From Nemertoderma westbladi (lineage: Eukaryota > Animalia > Xenacoelomorpha): a stretch of DNA of 64,000 bases. The DNA is taken from assembly GCA_032718475.1 (NCBI GenBank), contig JAUCBJ010006459.1, positions 1 to 64,000 of the forward strand. The letters are read 5' to 3'. Within the stretch, counting starts at the first letter, position 1. The number at the start of each line of letters is the position of its first letter. Below are positions 62,890-64,000 of this stretch, piece after piece. The notes beneath the pieces are model-generated. The model did no database searches and had not been told where the DNA came from. It saw nothing but the letters and a program-made list of their open reading frames with translations. A program made the translations under genes and the position numbers.

Positions 62890-64000
62890 TAGGGTGCATC
62901 AAATTTTGAAATGTTGGAAATTGATTATGCCTGGGTGATGTTTGTGTTCCATTTGGGGAATTATGATGTGTGGACAAAAATTGTTCAATTCTGACGACAT
63001 TTAGAGGTCCCACACCACCATGTTATATTTTAGCAACGGGCGATAAAACGCGATCAATATAGTTTCCACGAACGATCAAAATATCAATGTGCATGTATTT
63101 AGAAAAGTTTTGAAGTAATATTTATGTAAGAATTGTAATTTGCTTTAAAATGATATGCTGCATGATGTACTTCAGAACATATATAAAGGACATAGCAGAT
63201 ATCAGCGTCTGGCTTCAGCCGAGCTGTATTTTTAGGTTTAGACCAATATAGATCTATATAGCATGGAAGTAGCTTTGCTGATATAGTTTATACAATTAAA
63301 CATATTTTAATAATGTTAATTTAGATTTCAAAACTTTTCAAAATTTCCTTATCATATTAAGTTTTTTTCCTAATTCTTGTTCAAATAACACAAATAACTT
63401 CAAATAACTAATTGCAAACGGCAGAGATGTGATTGCGATATTCGATTAAACAGTAAATTTGAACTCAAATTGAATATGAAAACATTTATGTGATAGCATC
63501 AACATTGATATATTCAAGAAATCAAGGTATATTAAATTATATGAATAATTGTTCCTAGGTGAAAATATTTATGGGCATAATAAGACACTGGATAGAAATA
63601 TATAGAACATTCACAATTACCAATTATAGTATTAACAATATTTATATCAATTATTTATTGAATTCTACACTAATACTATATAAAATATCACTCTAAATGG
63701 GTTAGGCAGACATATATAATATACACATATAGTACAATTGTTTATCAATCAGTCTTTTTGTTTATTTAGTCTTTTACATTTCCGTATATTTGGTCTCATT
63801 TTACTCCGTAAGTTTGGTCTCATTTTACGATCTTTCTCAACAACTTGCAGGACGTTTTGAAAATGTTCTTCTGATTTGGCTGCTGACAGAAAGTCGCTGG
63901 TGAGCTTAACACCCCTTTCAGGACCATCGTTCAAAACATTCACTGAAGTAGCACGTGCTTTGCTTAATGCAAAGGCTGGATCGTTACACCAGTCTTTAAC
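62890..64000 (-). mobile_element. hAT-superfamily (hATm-like) DNA transposon, 3' end with transposase C-terminus (63749 to beyond 64000)
   Basis: The A' match stops abruptly at a TAGGGTG terminus. The ORF VLNDGPERGVKLTSDF...QNVLQVVEKDRK resembles the hATm transposase C-terminus (recalled, not searched). Confidence 0.6.

Overview
This is eukaryotic (animal) repeat-rich DNA dominated by nested BEL/Pao LTR retrotransposons of two or three related families. C is on the minus strand (about 85-7456; 5' LTR plus gag-protease). B is on the plus strand (11766-43541; 532-bp TG..CA LTRs, TTAAA TSD). A (18617-37204; about 1.9-kb LTRs, TTGAA TSD) is inserted inside the pol of B. A' is a second A-family copy on the minus strand (49332-62889); it interrupts a LINE and is itself cut by a hAT-type DNA transposon. 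The window also has a gag fragment of the B family, SINE/LINE remnants, minisatellites and one host exon (F-type lectin domain). The elements share several unusual features. (1) None has a tRNA-type PBS; instead the 8-11 nt after each 5' LTR are complementary to a site inside that element's own LTR, and the two sites covary across families, which suggests tRNA-independent self-priming. (2) The env position holds an extra ORF with a DEDDy 3'-5' exonuclease fold and CCHC knuckles. (3) U3 of A and C carries a tRNA-like Pol III A/B-box cassette. (4) A has TA..TA termini and alternative LTR ends. (5) A roughly 20-nt quasi-palindrome is scattered through A and C in all three reading frames and in the UTRs. 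All domain calls come from reading motifs by eye; no searches were run.
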